Source: a virus (Duplodnaviria > Caudoviricetes). From it: a DNA stretch of 63,924 bases. Below, piece by piece: positions 37,378 through 47,632 of this stretch. A program made the translations under genes and the position numbers. Under the pieces are notes generated by a model. The model had not been told where the DNA came from. It made no database searches and saw nothing but the letters and a program-made list of their open reading frames with translations. Location of the stretch: positions 1 to 63,924 of the IMG/VR virus record IMGVR_UViG_3300031687_000009; one strand, written 5' to 3'. The stretch's first letter is position 1, and each line of letters begins with the position of its first letter.

Positions 37378-37598
37378 TAATAATCTAAATTATATTCAAC
37401 AGATACCGCCATGTTAGAATTAAAGTGCTTCCACGGTAGTATCTCTTTGTTTTTAGTTATAAATATTTTATATGATCCTTCGTCTTCTAGTATGTCAGAA
37501 ATTTTATGTCCACCATATACTTCTTGACCTACTGCGTAATGCATTGCTTCGTTCTTATAATCAGAACCAATACTTATTTTTCTTATTAACTTTGCCAT
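37377..37598 (-). CDS. Conserved small phage protein
   Basis: 73 aa (IRKISIG.DYK..AMHY.VGQ), coupled to the downstream gene. Confidence 0.65.
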   Translation of the reverse strand: MAKLIRKISIGSDYKNEAMHYAVGQEVYGGHKISDILEDEGSYKIFITKNKEILPWKHFNSNMAVSVEYNLDY

Positions 37599-37609
37599 TT
37601 AATTTAATT

Positions 37610-38017
37610 TTATATTAAGTGAGAATACTCACTTGGTACATCAAAACCAGGACATTCTTTAGTTGAATACTGATTATGACCTGATATTTTATTTATATTA
37701 TATTTTTTTATAAGATCAATAAGTAACATAACTAATGCATCTTTTTGTTCTTCTGTTCTAGTGTCTTTTCCTTTTTTAATATTTCCACCTATGTAACATA
37801 TACCTACTGTACGTCTATTATGTCCTTTGCAGTGTGCACCTGTTCTATTTATAGGTCTACCCTCTTGAACAGTTCCATCTAATTTAACCACATAATGATA
37901 ACCTACATCACTCCATCCATTACCATTGACGTGCCAGTCTCTAATGTCTTCAACATCAAAAGGTTTTCCTTCTGGTGTAGCGCTGTAATGTATAATTGCT
38001 TCGTTTATTGTTCTCAT
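37610..38017 (-). CDS. N-acetylmuramoyl-L-alanine amidase endolysin (T7 lysozyme-like)
   Basis: IIHYSAT, GWSDVGYHY, GAHC.GHN, GICYIGG and GH....KECP (Amidase_2) motifs. Confidence 0.92.
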   Translation of the reverse strand: MRTINEAIIHYSATPEGKPFDVEDIRDWHVNGNGWSDVGYHYVVKLDGTVQEGRPINRTGAHCKGHNRRTVGICYIGGNIKKGKDTRTEEQKDALVMLLIDLIKKYNINKISGHNQYSTKECPGFDVPSEYSHLI

Positions 38018-38031
38018 TAAAATATTTCATT

Positions 38032-38181
38032 TTATTCTTGTGCTTTTTTTATTATCATCAATATAGTATATCCTATAGATAACAATAAAACTATTGTCTG
38101 TAACACTGTGTTTATTTCCGGTGCGAATGAAAATAGCACAGCTCCTACGTTTATTCCAAAGATCTTCAAATCTTGTATCAT
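38032..38181 (-). CDS. 49-aa membrane protein, putative holin
   Basis: Read by hand: MIQDLKIFGINVGAVLFSFAPEINTVLQTIVLLLSIGYTILMIIKKAQE. ATGA overlap with the upstream gene; directly before the amidase. Confidence 0.6.
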   Translation of the reverse strand: MIQDLKIFGINVGAVLFSFAPEINTVLQTIVLLLSIGYTILMIIKKAQE

Positions 38182-38603
38182 TGTTTATGTTTATTATTTC
38201 CAAATACTTTCTCGACGCCGCGAGAACCAAAATAGCCTCCTATGACTATAGTTAAAAGTGAAGTTACTGATTCCAGTGAATAGCCGGCGTACCACCCTAT
38301 AACATATGATATTGTTAAAAATACAAGAACCAATGGACGAACATTGGATGCAAGCCAATTTCCGCTTCGAGCATCTGCTACCCATCTTTTGGTTGTGCCG
38401 TCTATTTCGGCTCTTTCTATTCTTAATTTCTCTAGCGCAACTTGTTTATCGTTTTCAGATAAACTTGAGTTACCGCTAATTAGTTCTGATATTACGTTCC
38501 CTGGCAATATTGCATCGCCGACCATTCCTAGAATACTCGGTGCCTTTTCGATTAAAAACCGTCCGACACCTGTATCTTTAAAAGATTTCTTTTTTTCACT
38601 CAT
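38178..38603 (-). CDS. Holin-like protein (GTA 3TM holin-like)
   Basis: RW..D...WL..NVRP..L and GGYFGSRGVEK motifs with TM segments. Confidence 0.7.
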   Translation of the reverse strand: MSEKKKSFKDTGVGRFLIEKAPSILGMVGDAILPGNVISELISGNSSLSENDKQVALEKLRIERAEIDGTTKRWVADARSGNWLASNVRPLVLVFLTISYVIGWYAGYSLESVTSLLTIVIGGYFGSRGVEKVFGNNKHKQ

Positions 38604-38613
38604 TTAATTTAAT

Positions 38614-40929
38614 TTAAGCTATTGCAAGGTATATATAAGTTCCTCCTGAAATATTTGTATCATTAGTAGAACTTTGTCTTGGAGAAAAACCAGTTGAAGT
38701 AAATGATTCACCTTGACCAGCATCTTCTGCATTACTTAAATTTGCATATAATCTATTATCTCCATTTGCTCTTTTATCATCAACAATTACCCAATTACCA
38801 TCAGCATCAGTTCGTTTGATCATAACAAAAGAAGGTTCAAATCCAACGTACACAGTAAGGCTACCTCCTGTTCCGATATAAGAACCTACGCGACTGTAAC
38901 CCGGTATTGATGCAAAACAATAGGCGATTAAAGTAGCACCAGATGAATTATTATTAAAATTTCCATCAACAACACCAAACACACTATTTGTAGGTGCAGC
39001 TGGTCCCCAATAATTAGAATAGTTAGATGATAAGCCTGCATTGTCTAATTCAAGATATTTATTTATTCCTGTTGGCTCAGAATAAACTGCCCAACTTGCA
39101 CTGGCAGATGTAACTTTAACTAAAATTAATTCTGCAGGTTTTCCGAGCCCATGACCTACGGTAGATGGACTTGCATTTCCTGTATACCTTACAACACTGA
39201 ATCCAGCTTCTTTATTTGCAGATACGCTACTTGTTATAGTACCATCTGTATTTGTATCAGTTATTCCTGAACCTTTCCAGTTCCAAGCAACAAATGTTTG
39301 TCCATTTTCATTACCATCTAAATCATTTCCCAAAGTAAATCCATTTGTGTCAAATGAAGTTAAACTTGTAGATGCAGTTCCCTGTGCGTCTGCTACGTTT
39401 GAATTTATTCTTTTTGTTACACCCCTAATAGAATCAAATAATTCGTGCCATCTTGTTCCACTTCTTTGTTTTATCCAAGTAAAATCAGGTTTAAATCCTA
39501 CTGTAGAAATTGGATTAGTTCCACCATTACCAGTATACACAACAGTATTAAAACTATTAACTATAGTAGCTGCTGGACATTCAATTTCATTGTAAAGCGT
39601 AGTTACATCAGCTGCTGATATAGCTGAGTCGTATATTCGTATTTGGTCTATTGAGCTATCTGTATAGTAAGCAAAACCGCTCCCACTTTGATACGCCCCT
39701 ATTAAATTCAGTCCGCCAGACCCACCAGCAATAGAATTTGCTGTACTTGAATCACTTGCAACTTCTGAACTATTTACATACATTTTTCTTCCTGTAGAAG
39801 AACTTTTAGTTATAACAATATTGTACCAAGTTGATGTAGCAACAGTGGATGCGGGCGAGTATAAACTCACTCCGTCATAAAAATGAAGAGCACCACTCGC
39901 TGTAATATCTAAATAATTTCTATAAGTATTTTGAAATCCAATGGTTGTATCATATAGAGTTAAAGTATTAAATTTTATCCAAAACGACCAACTAAAATTA
40001 TTATTTTTATTTACACCTGCAGGTAGTGAAACATAACTATCACTACCATTAAATTTTCCAGCAAATCCAAAATTACCTTCAGTATTAAAGTTTACATTAG
40101 TAGCTGTACCATTGTAATTACCAAGCTGATCTGAAGCATTTGACATTTTGTAGTATGCAATACTATTAGGATTAGCATTTGCATAATTAATACTAGCTGA
40201 ACTTGATGTTGCAACTGTTTCGTTATATAAAGTTGTTACAGCGCCTTGTGGTAAAGCTGTGTTAAAAATTCTTACTTGGTCTAAATATGATGAAGTCAGT
40301 GGTTCAGTGGCATACGCTCCTGCTCTTCCTAAATATAAAGGATTGGAGTTATTATATGTGTCACCATCCATTGGTTGAGTATAACCTGATCTATCACTCA
40401 TTAACGAACCATCTTGGTAAAATGTCCATTCGTTATTATTAACTGACATCACTATGTTTGTCCATACATTTAATACATTTCCACCTCCTTGATATCTTCC
40501 TAAAGTAGAAGACCCGTTTCTTGTTATAATATCAAACCTATATCCACCACTAGAATCATAAACTCCAATTGCAAATCCATTTAAAATACCAGTGTCAGTT
40601 GTTCCTAATATATATTCAAACTGACTAGAAGTAGTTCTTTTGTACCAAAACGAAATAGAAAAGGTATTTGTGTTAAATATTGATCCAGGAAGACCTGTTT
40701 GAATATAACCATTCCCACTAAAAGAAGCTGCATTACCAAATTTACCAGTTGCATACGCTGCATTTGTAAATGTTCCAGGATATGTATTGCTAGGAATAGA
40801 AGTTGTAGCATTGTTTAACTGGTATGTAGCTATAGATGTAGCTGTTACATCTGATGTAAATAACTGATCTGTGTCTGTTGTACACGCCGCGCCACCAAAA
40901 GCGCCTGATAACAAGCTTTGTCCAAACAT
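38614..40929 (-). CDS. Tail fibre/receptor-binding protein with two LamG (ConA-like) domains and a C-terminal YTGNG-type domain
   Basis: FSISFW..W.NIV...LDQVRIFN and FSWSFW..WYNIV..IDQIRIYD; YTGNG..GFKPDFTWIK.R. Confidence 0.75.
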   Translation of the reverse strand: MFGQSLLSGAFGGAACTTDTDQLFTSDVTATSIATYQLNNATTSIPSNTYPGTFTNAAYATGKFGNAASFSGNGYIQTGLPGSIFNTNTFSISFWYKRTTSSQFEYILGTTDTGILNGFAIGVYDSSGGYRFDIITRNGSSTLGRYQGGGNVLNVWTNIVMSVNNNEWTFYQDGSLMSDRSGYTQPMDGDTYNNSNPLYLGRAGAYATEPLTSSYLDQVRIFNTALPQGAVTTLYNETVATSSSASINYANANPNSIAYYKMSNASDQLGNYNGTATNVNFNTEGNFGFAGKFNGSDSYVSLPAGVNKNNNFSWSFWIKFNTLTLYDTTIGFQNTYRNYLDITASGALHFYDGVSLYSPASTVATSTWYNIVITKSSSTGRKMYVNSSEVASDSSTANSIAGGSGGLNLIGAYQSGSGFAYYTDSSIDQIRIYDSAISAADVTTLYNEIECPAATIVNSFNTVVYTGNGGTNPISTVGFKPDFTWIKQRSGTRWHELFDSIRGVTKRINSNVADAQGTASTSLTSFDTNGFTLGNDLDGNENGQTFVAWNWKGSGITDTNTDGTITSSVSANKEAGFSVVRYTGNASPSTVGHGLGKPAELILVKVTSASASWAVYSEPTGINKYLELDNAGLSSNYSNYWGPAAPTNSVFGVVDGNFNNNSSGATLIAYCFASIPGYSRVGSYIGTGGSLTVYVGFEPSFVMIKRTDADGNWVIVDDKRANGDNRLYANLSNAEDAGQGESFTSTGFSPRQSSTNDTNISGGTYIYLAIA

Positions 40930-40930
40930 A

Positions 40931-41377
40931 CTATGTTGCTATTTGTGATATAGTGTACCAGAATTCAGTAGCACTAACACATGTGATTTGTATAAAATTC
41001 TTTTTTGCAGATGTATCGTCATAGGTACCAGATATTTTATTAAATGTACCAGCTGATCCGCCAACAGTATAAGCTATTACATATGACCCGCCTGCACCAG
41101 TTACTATTATGTTTTTAGTTACACCGATTACAGGATTAGTTATATTAAGTGTAGTTGCAGCATTAGGCGTCAATGTAAATACTTGAGCTGCTGTATAGTC
41201 TACATTAATAGTACCTGCTGGTGTCAATACAGAGCTTGTTATAAACTCTGTACCTACCTTAGCGCTAGTAACACTACTTGCTGCTAACTTACCTGAAGTC
41301 ACATTTGAATCTAGGATTTTACCTGTTGTTACAGCATTGTCTGCTAGTACATTACTTGTTACTTTTGTTAAAGCCAT
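40931..41377 (-). CDS. Fibre-associated structural protein
   Basis: MALTKV N-terminus with VT.GKI repeats. Confidence 0.6.
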   Translation of the reverse strand: MALTKVTSNVLADNAVTTGKILDSNVTSGKLAASSVTSAKVGTEFITSSVLTPAGTINVDYTAAQVFTLTPNAATTLNITNPVIGVTKNIIVTGAGGSYVIAYTVGGSAGTFNKISGTYDDTSAKKNFIQITCVSATEFWYTISQIAT

Positions 41378-41383
41378 TTTTTA

Positions 41384-43996
41384 TTAATTTTCTTTTATTG
41401 CTAAGTATATAAATTTAGCGCTAGAGTCATTTAAACCACTTGCAGCTGTATTTAACGCAAAGCCAGTTGCATTTATACTAACATAAGTACCTGTTGCTTC
41501 TGATCCATTTGTATTTGCTATTAATTGATCTGAATATACTCCTGTTGTTCTTTTATTATCAAACATATACCAATTACCGGTAGCACTAGTTCGTTTAATC
41601 ATTAAAAAACCAGCTGCAAATCCTGTTGTTATATTATGACCAGCAGTTCCATTTCCGGTATAAGTGCCCACTTTGCTGTAACCTGTTATTGATTTGAAAG
41701 AGTAGGCAATATAAGATTGTCCACTTACAGAAACTCCATTTCCTACAGAAATAGTTGTTGATGTTGGTGCTGTATTATTCCAAAATCCTGAATTTGTTTC
41801 TTCAGCACTAGTTTCATTTAATCTTATAGCTCTATCTGTTTGATTTGTCAAAACTGATGAATTTACAAACCAAGAGTCAGTAGTTGTTGTTACTTTTAAA
41901 ATCACTAAATCAGGAATTACACCAAGTCCGTGACCTGCGGTAAGTGTAGTTGAATTAGCTGTCCATTTTGCAATACTAAATCCAGCAGCTTGATTTGCGC
42001 TAACTAAACTTGTAATAGATCCATCTGTGTTTATAGATATTATACCTCCAGCTTTCCAGCTCCAAGCAACGTAATCTTTTCCACTTGCACCTGTATAATT
42101 AGAATTTCCTATTGTAAATCCATTATTATTAAAGGTTGATAAATATTCAGCAGCCCCTGGATCCGCAATTCCACTAAGATTTGCGTAAAGAATTTTTGGA
42201 TTAGGTAAAGGACCACGAACACTATCAAATAACATATGATCTCTGTTTGGAGTTGATCTTTGTTTTATCCAAGTAAAATCTGGTTTAAATTCAGTAGTTA
42301 TGGATTGTGTTCCACCATTTCCAGTATAAATTTCGGGAGCAAAACTCTTAGCTAAAGTAGGTGTTGATGTAGTACCGTCAGCTGCAAAAGCTAGGTAGAT
42401 GTAGGTTCCATTATTAATGTCGGCATTGTTTCCATCTACAGTAAACCCATTAGCTAAAAAATCAACATTTATAGAAGCTGCATCTCCTTCAGCGTCAGTT
42501 GTATTTGCTGTTAAAAATTTAGTTCTTGGGTTTGATGTATCTCTCTTATCATCTAACATTATCCACGACCCACTTCCACTATTTCTTTTAATCATTAAAA
42601 ATGAAGGTTCAAATCCTGTAACAATTGATGTTAAACTTCCATTTCCGGTGTAAGAGCCTACTTTGCTAAAACCTGCTTTTGATGCGAAAGTATATGCTAT
42701 ATAGTTATTGGCATTATTGTTTACTTCCCCATCACTACCAATTGTAAATACGCTTGAAGTTGGAGTAGTATTATTCCATCTATCATTTGCAGTTGCTTCT
42801 CCTTGGGTCGAGTTTAATCGTAAATATTTTGTATTTCCTATTCCTGAACTATAAACACACCAATTGTTACTCCCAAGATTTTTTACAATTATTAATTCTG
42901 GAATAGAACTTAGTCCGTGTCCAATTTTAGCTCCTGCTGTGTTATTACCTGTATACTTTACAATACTAAATCCTAAAGTATCATTAACACTAACTTGACT
43001 ATCAATAGTTCCATTAGTATTTGCTACAGCAGCTCCTCCGGCTTTAAGATTCCAAGCAACAAACGTATTATTATTACCATTAGAATCAGTTGCAGAGCCT
43101 AATGTAAAACCGTTAGAATTAAAAGAAGTTACGTTACTTGAGTAAGTTGTTACACCGTCTTCACTATTTGAGGAAAGTTGACTGTTTGTTCCCCTAATTG
43201 AATCTGTTAAAATATGCTTTTCAGCTGCGCCCCTTTCTTTTATCCAAACTAAATCTGGTTTAAAATTTAAAGTAATATTTTGTGTACCACTATTACCTGT
43301 GTATATATAAGGCGCAAAATGATCGCTAGGTGCATCATTTGTAACTATTATATTAAAAGATCTTACAGCACTAGTTTGATTTTCATCGTCTGTAGCTGTA
43401 ATACTAAATGTTGTTGTCGTATCTGCTGACACAGCAGGTGCTGTTCCTGTAATAGCTCCTGTAGCTGTTGCTAGAGATAAACCTGTTGGTAAAGTTCCTG
43501 TTGTTACGGCATATTCTATGGTATCAGTACCTTCAGTGGCTGTTACTTGAAAAGAAGCCGCTGCTGCTTCTGTTACAGAACCTATATTACCTGCTGCAGT
43601 TGTCCATATTGGTATACCGCTATATTGTATAAAGTTAGCTTGTGAAGCTGTACCACCGTTGGAATTAGTTACTGCAACCGCATATGCGCCAGCTGATTTA
43701 GCTGGTGTATTGATTGTAATTTGTGTAGCTGAATTAAAAACTGTTGTAACTGTTGTTCCGCCTACTGTACATGTTATACCTGAAGCAAATAAAGTACCAT
43801 TAATAATAACACTTTCACCACCAGCAGGATTTGCTGCAGTAGCTGTTCCTGGATAATCAATAGACGTTATTGTAGGGTTAGTTATAGGACTTGCCCAAGC
43901 CATACCACCTGTACCGTCGGTTTGTAAAAACTCACCATCTGTACCGTTATCTGATACGCCGTAGAATTGCCCTGCTTTAGGTTTAGTTTGTGCCAT
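41384..43996 (-). CDS. Tail fibre/decoration protein: IPT/TIG and He_PIG-like Ig domains plus two YTGNG-type domains
   Basis: PTITSI...INGT.F...VAVTN, LPTGLSL..TGAITGT, and a duplicated YTGN.G...FKPD..WIK domain. Confidence 0.75.
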   Translation of the reverse strand: MAQTKPKAGQFYGVSDNGTDGEFLQTDGTGGMAWASPITNPTITSIDYPGTATAANPAGGESVIINGTLFASGITCTVGGTTVTTVFNSATQITINTPAKSAGAYAVAVTNSNGGTASQANFIQYSGIPIWTTAAGNIGSVTEAAAASFQVTATEGTDTIEYAVTTGTLPTGLSLATATGAITGTAPAVSADTTTTFSITATDDENQTSAVRSFNIIVTNDAPSDHFAPYIYTGNSGTQNITLNFKPDLVWIKERGAAEKHILTDSIRGTNSQLSSNSEDGVTTYSSNVTSFNSNGFTLGSATDSNGNNNTFVAWNLKAGGAAVANTNGTIDSQVSVNDTLGFSIVKYTGNNTAGAKIGHGLSSIPELIIVKNLGSNNWCVYSSGIGNTKYLRLNSTQGEATANDRWNNTTPTSSVFTIGSDGEVNNNANNYIAYTFASKAGFSKVGSYTGNGSLTSIVTGFEPSFLMIKRNSGSGSWIMLDDKRDTSNPRTKFLTANTTDAEGDAASINVDFLANGFTVDGNNADINNGTYIYLAFAADGTTSTPTLAKSFAPEIYTGNGGTQSITTEFKPDFTWIKQRSTPNRDHMLFDSVRGPLPNPKILYANLSGIADPGAAEYLSTFNNNGFTIGNSNYTGASGKDYVAWSWKAGGIISINTDGSITSLVSANQAAGFSIAKWTANSTTLTAGHGLGVIPDLVILKVTTTTDSWFVNSSVLTNQTDRAIRLNETSAEETNSGFWNNTAPTSTTISVGNGVSVSGQSYIAYSFKSITGYSKVGTYTGNGTAGHNITTGFAAGFLMIKRTSATGNWYMFDNKRTTGVYSDQLIANTNGSEATGTYVSINATGFALNTAASGLNDSSAKFIYLAIKEN

Positions 43997-45252
43997 TAAT
44001 TGTCGTTAAATTGTATATTTCCTGTTCCTGTTAGAAAAGTTGTTACTTTATCAGTTCCTACTGTAGTTGTTGTACCTGATAATCCAGATATTGTATATGA
44101 GCTTGGATAACGAAGTATTATAATTCCTGATCCACCAGCACCTCCTTGTTGCACTGATACACCCATACCACCACCACCACCACCGGTGTTAGCACCACCA
44201 GCACCACCAATAGAACTAACATCTGGACCACTACCATTTCCTCCAGAATTTAAACCAGAACCTCCAGTTCCTGCTCTTGCTGAACTTGAATAATTAGCGC
44301 CACCGCCACCTCCACCATTACCACCATTCCCGGAATATGTAGAACTTCCTTGAGCGCCACCTCCACCGCCGCCAGCAAAGTAATAGTTAGTTCCATTAAT
44401 ACTTGAAGCAATACCTATGCCTCCGTTACCTGAACTAACTCCTGAATCTGAAGATCCAGGGGCACCAGCTCCACCACCACCAGAAGAATTGTATGGATTA
44501 CTAGCAACATCGTTTGTTGTTCCTCCAACTTTTCCTTGAGCATTGCCTGCTGGTAACGCAGCTCCACCTTGAGCTTGAACACCAGCACGGAAACCACCAC
44601 CACCACCAGAACCACCTGCTAAACCATCTTGACTTCCAGTTACATTATAGCCGTAAGCACCGCCACCTCCACCACCTATCGCAATTGCAATAGATGCTAA
44701 AGAAACATTACTTCCATTAGTTCCTTTGATATCATTACCATTAGTAGCTCCAGCGCCACCGTTTCCAAGCGTTAAAAGATAATTTGTAGCTTTTGAAAAA
44801 TTATGTGTACCGGTTAATAAACCACCTCCACCACCACCACCAGCTCCACCACCACCACCACCGCCAGCAACTACTAAATATGTAGTCGCAACAAGTAATG
44901 ATACTAAAGAAACATCTTGTGATGTCCAGCCTCTAGTTGCATCTTGGTATATTAATGTAGCAGTAGCATTATTGGTTGTTATTTCGCCGCCAGTAGTTAC
45001 ACCTTGAATCTTTTCAGAACCATTAGCAGTGAGTATAACTTTATTAGTTGCAAATGTACCAGCATAGTCTTGTATTACTATTTCAGCACCCACAACACCT
45101 ACGGGTAAGTTTACATATAAAACTTGACTAGTTGTATTAACAAAATAACCTTTACTAGCTACTGCTGTAAAATTACTTGTCTGGATAGTTGATACCCATT
45201 CGGTACCAAAATTTCCGTCTATTAGGTTTTGTGTTAATTTTGTTAATGCCAT
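43996..45252 (-). CDS. Glycine-rich tail fibre protein
   Basis: YLVVAGGGGGG...GGAGGSGIIILRY Gly-rich domain; N-terminal YFVNT...LP....DY.GTF..N...Y.D..RGW module. Confidence 0.75.
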   Translation of the reverse strand: MALTKLTQNLIDGNFGTEWVSTIQTSNFTAVASKGYFVNTTSQVLYVNLPVGVVGAEIVIQDYAGTFATNKVILTANGSEKIQGVTTGGEITTNNATATLIYQDATRGWTSQDVSLVSLLVATTYLVVAGGGGGGGAGGGGGGGLLTGTHNFSKATNYLLTLGNGGAGATNGNDIKGTNGSNVSLASIAIAIGGGGGGAYGYNVTGSQDGLAGGSGGGGGFRAGVQAQGGAALPAGNAQGKVGGTTNDVASNPYNSSGGGGAGAPGSSDSGVSSGNGGIGIASSINGTNYYFAGGGGGGAQGSSTYSGNGGNGGGGGGANYSSSARAGTGGSGLNSGGNGSGPDVSSIGGAGGANTGGGGGGMGVSVQQGGAGGSGIIILRYPSSYTISGLSGTTTTVGTDKVTTFLTGTGNIQFNDN

Positions 45253-45255
45253 TTT

Positions 45256-46014
45256 TTAAAATTCTAATATTGATGCTCCCGCATATGCATTACTTATTAC
45301 TAAAGCGTTTTGAACTTTCATTTCAACTTTTAATGAAGTAGTAAAATATAAATAAGGCAATCCCTGCATAGAAGCAGTAACTGCATCTATCATATCAAAA
45401 CTTACTTTTATTGCACCACTATCCCAATTGTTTTGATTAGTATATCCACCTGTTGTAGCGTCATAATAATTATATAAAGGATTTACTCCATTTCCACCAA
45501 TCATTTGAGTTCTAGATGAAATAGCACCATATGGGCTAGATTGATAAAGACTTCCAAGAATCCAAGCTTGTCCCATAGCTACAAAATTACGTCTTGTATC
45601 TGTATATGGTACTGGAGCAAAAGCGTATTCTGTAGCTGTTCCTCCATCTAATGTTATTCTAGCTGTCCAATTTTTATTTGCTGCTGTATTAACATCGCCC
45701 ATCCAACCTAATATTCCATAGCAACCACCCCCATTAGTAGAGCTTGTAATATCTGCAACAGTTTCATAAGTGTCGGCAGTAGCTAATCTTTTTACATACA
45801 TTGTTCCAGCTGGCTGAGTTAAGCTAGACATTTGATTATTTAAATTACTAATAGCAGAACCAGTACCATTACTACTAGCAAAAACTGTAAGTTTATGGCC
45901 TGTAAAAGTAGCTAAACTTTGTGCGTTAGGATAACTATAATCTCCTACTGTTATTGTTTGTCCAATACCACCACCACCTCCTGCTGCTGGAAAAAAATCT
46001 GTAAAATTACTCAT
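45256..46014 (-). CDS. Putative fibre/receptor-binding protein
   Basis: MSNFTDFFPAAGGGGG N-terminus; beta-rich; within the fibre cluster. Confidence 0.55.
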   Translation of the reverse strand: MSNFTDFFPAAGGGGGIGQTITVGDYSYPNAQSLATFTGHKLTVFASSNGTGSAISNLNNQMSSLTQPAGTMYVKRLATADTYETVADITSSTNGGGCYGILGWMGDVNTAANKNWTARITLDGGTATEYAFAPVPYTDTRRNFVAMGQAWILGSLYQSSPYGAISSRTQMIGGNGVNPLYNYYDATTGGYTNQNNWDSGAIKVSFDMIDAVTASMQGLPYLYFTTSLKVEMKVQNALVISNAYAGASILEF

Positions 46015-46015
46015 A

Positions 46016-47629
46016 TTATTGTCCTATTATTACCCATCCTTGAGCTGTTCCTGTAAATATTAATTCAAAGCTAGCAGCAGCTGTATCTAATGTCATTGTA
46101 GTTGCACTACCCATTATTTTATCTGATCCAGCTGGTACAATTGTACATGTTTCAACAGCAGATCTATTACTTATTTGTAAACTTTCTCCTAAAACACCTG
46201 CTGGAAGTGTTAAAGCTAAACTAGCAGTTAATATATAAACTCTTCCTGTTGCTGCTGTAGTATTTGTAGATATTACATTAGGTGTTATATTTTGTGCTAT
46301 GGTAAAGTTGTTAGGTGAATTAGTTGTAACATTAATTCCTGTACCACCTGTTAAAGTTGCAGGTGATAAAGTACCACCTGAATTTAAGAATCCTACAGAT
46401 CTTATTTCTATTATAACACCACTTGGTGGTGCTGTAGCAAAAGTAACTGTATTTGCTGATAATGATAATGTACTTACGTTTTGATACAAACCGTTTAAGT
46501 ATACATCAATAGCATTTAAATCAACTGGTGTTATGCCAAGAGCATATGCCGTTGTTGATCCATTACCTGTAAAAGTATCTGTATATAAAGCATTAGTCGA
46601 TGCTGATATAGCACCTAATACCATTACCTCTACATTGTAACCATTTTGAGGTGCTGTTGCAAACGTAAGTGTTGTACCTGATATTGCATATGTACTTTTA
46701 TCTTGGTATATACCTTCTAAAAATACAAAGGTCATATTCTCTTCATTTACAGTAGTTGTCAAGGTAAATGCTGTTTTAGAACCTGTACCTACAAAGTTAT
46801 TCTTATTAAATCCACTTAAAGCTAAGGCTTTTATATGAACTATTTCTATATTAGCACCGTTTGGTGGTGCTGTTGTAAATGTAACTACATTGCCTGTGGT
46901 TCCATAAGTTAATTTAGACTGATAAACACCACTTACATATACTTGTGTTGCATCTTCATTAATTATAGAAAGTGATGTAGCAAAGTTAATTGTAGTACCA
47001 TCGCCTACAAATTCATCAACTTCAATTACACCATCAACTGCAACATAGTGCATTATTTCTATTTCAGCGCCCGTTGGAGGTGCTGTACCAAATGTTACTG
47101 TACTACCAGTTGTAGTAAAGCCATCTTTATCTTGATAAACACCATCTATATATATCTGTATATTATTTTCAGATACTATAGTAGACGAAACACCATAAGC
47201 AACGGTTGAACCGTTACCAGTATAGTTGTTTCTTTGTATCGTTACTGTACCACCACCAGATCCTCCTGTAGAAGCGATTGTAAGCGTGTCTGTTGCAGCA
47301 TTTGTAGTTAAACTTATATTACTACCAGCTGCCACTGTTAAAGTGTCCGTAGGACCATCTGCTACAATACTAGTTTGTCCTGATACAGCAAATGTTTTAA
47401 ATGCTTCAGTAACAGTACCACCACCACCGCCGCCACCTATCTCACCCCAAGCTGGAGTTGAGCCAAAGTATCCTTCAAATTTATCAGTAGTTGTATTATA
47501 CCTAAACATACCAACTGCAGGCGAACCTGGGCGCTGAGCCGTTGTACCATCAGGTACTTGGATCCAGTTCCCGCTTGATATTGATAGATAACCATCAATT
47601 TCTACCGAATTTTTAAACTTAGTGGCCAT
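46016..47629 (-). CDS. Tail fibre protein with four G.G.T..F/FTTAP repeats
   Basis: P.GTTAQRP..G.FRYNTT..FEGY module; four ~70-aa V...G.YQ...TF.TAP..G..IEI repeats; C-terminal SFEL.F....GW.I. Confidence 0.75.
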   Translation of the reverse strand: MATKFKNSVEIDGYLSISSGNWIQVPDGTTAQRPGSPAVGMFRYNTTTDKFEGYFGSTPAWGEIGGGGGGGTVTEAFKTFAVSGQTSIVADGPTDTLTVAAGSNISLTTNAATDTLTIASTGGSGGGTVTIQRNNYTGNGSTVAYGVSSTIVSENNIQIYIDGVYQDKDGFTTTGSTVTFGTAPPTGAEIEIMHYVAVDGVIEVDEFVGDGTTINFATSLSIINEDATQVYVSGVYQSKLTYGTTGNVVTFTTAPPNGANIEIVHIKALALSGFNKNNFVGTGSKTAFTLTTTVNEENMTFVFLEGIYQDKSTYAISGTTLTFATAPQNGYNVEVMVLGAISASTNALYTDTFTGNGSTTAYALGITPVDLNAIDVYLNGLYQNVSTLSLSANTVTFATAPPSGVIIEIRSVGFLNSGGTLSPATLTGGTGINVTTNSPNNFTIAQNITPNVISTNTTAATGRVYILTASLALTLPAGVLGESLQISNRSAVETCTIVPAGSDKIMGSATTMTLDTAAASFELIFTGTAQGWVIIGQ

Positions 47630-47632
47630 ATA

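Noticed and set aside
38027-38230. 67-aa ORF from the ORF track between the holin and the amidase
   Set aside because: A different frame (38032..38181) gives a translationally coupled ATG-start membrane protein that fits better.
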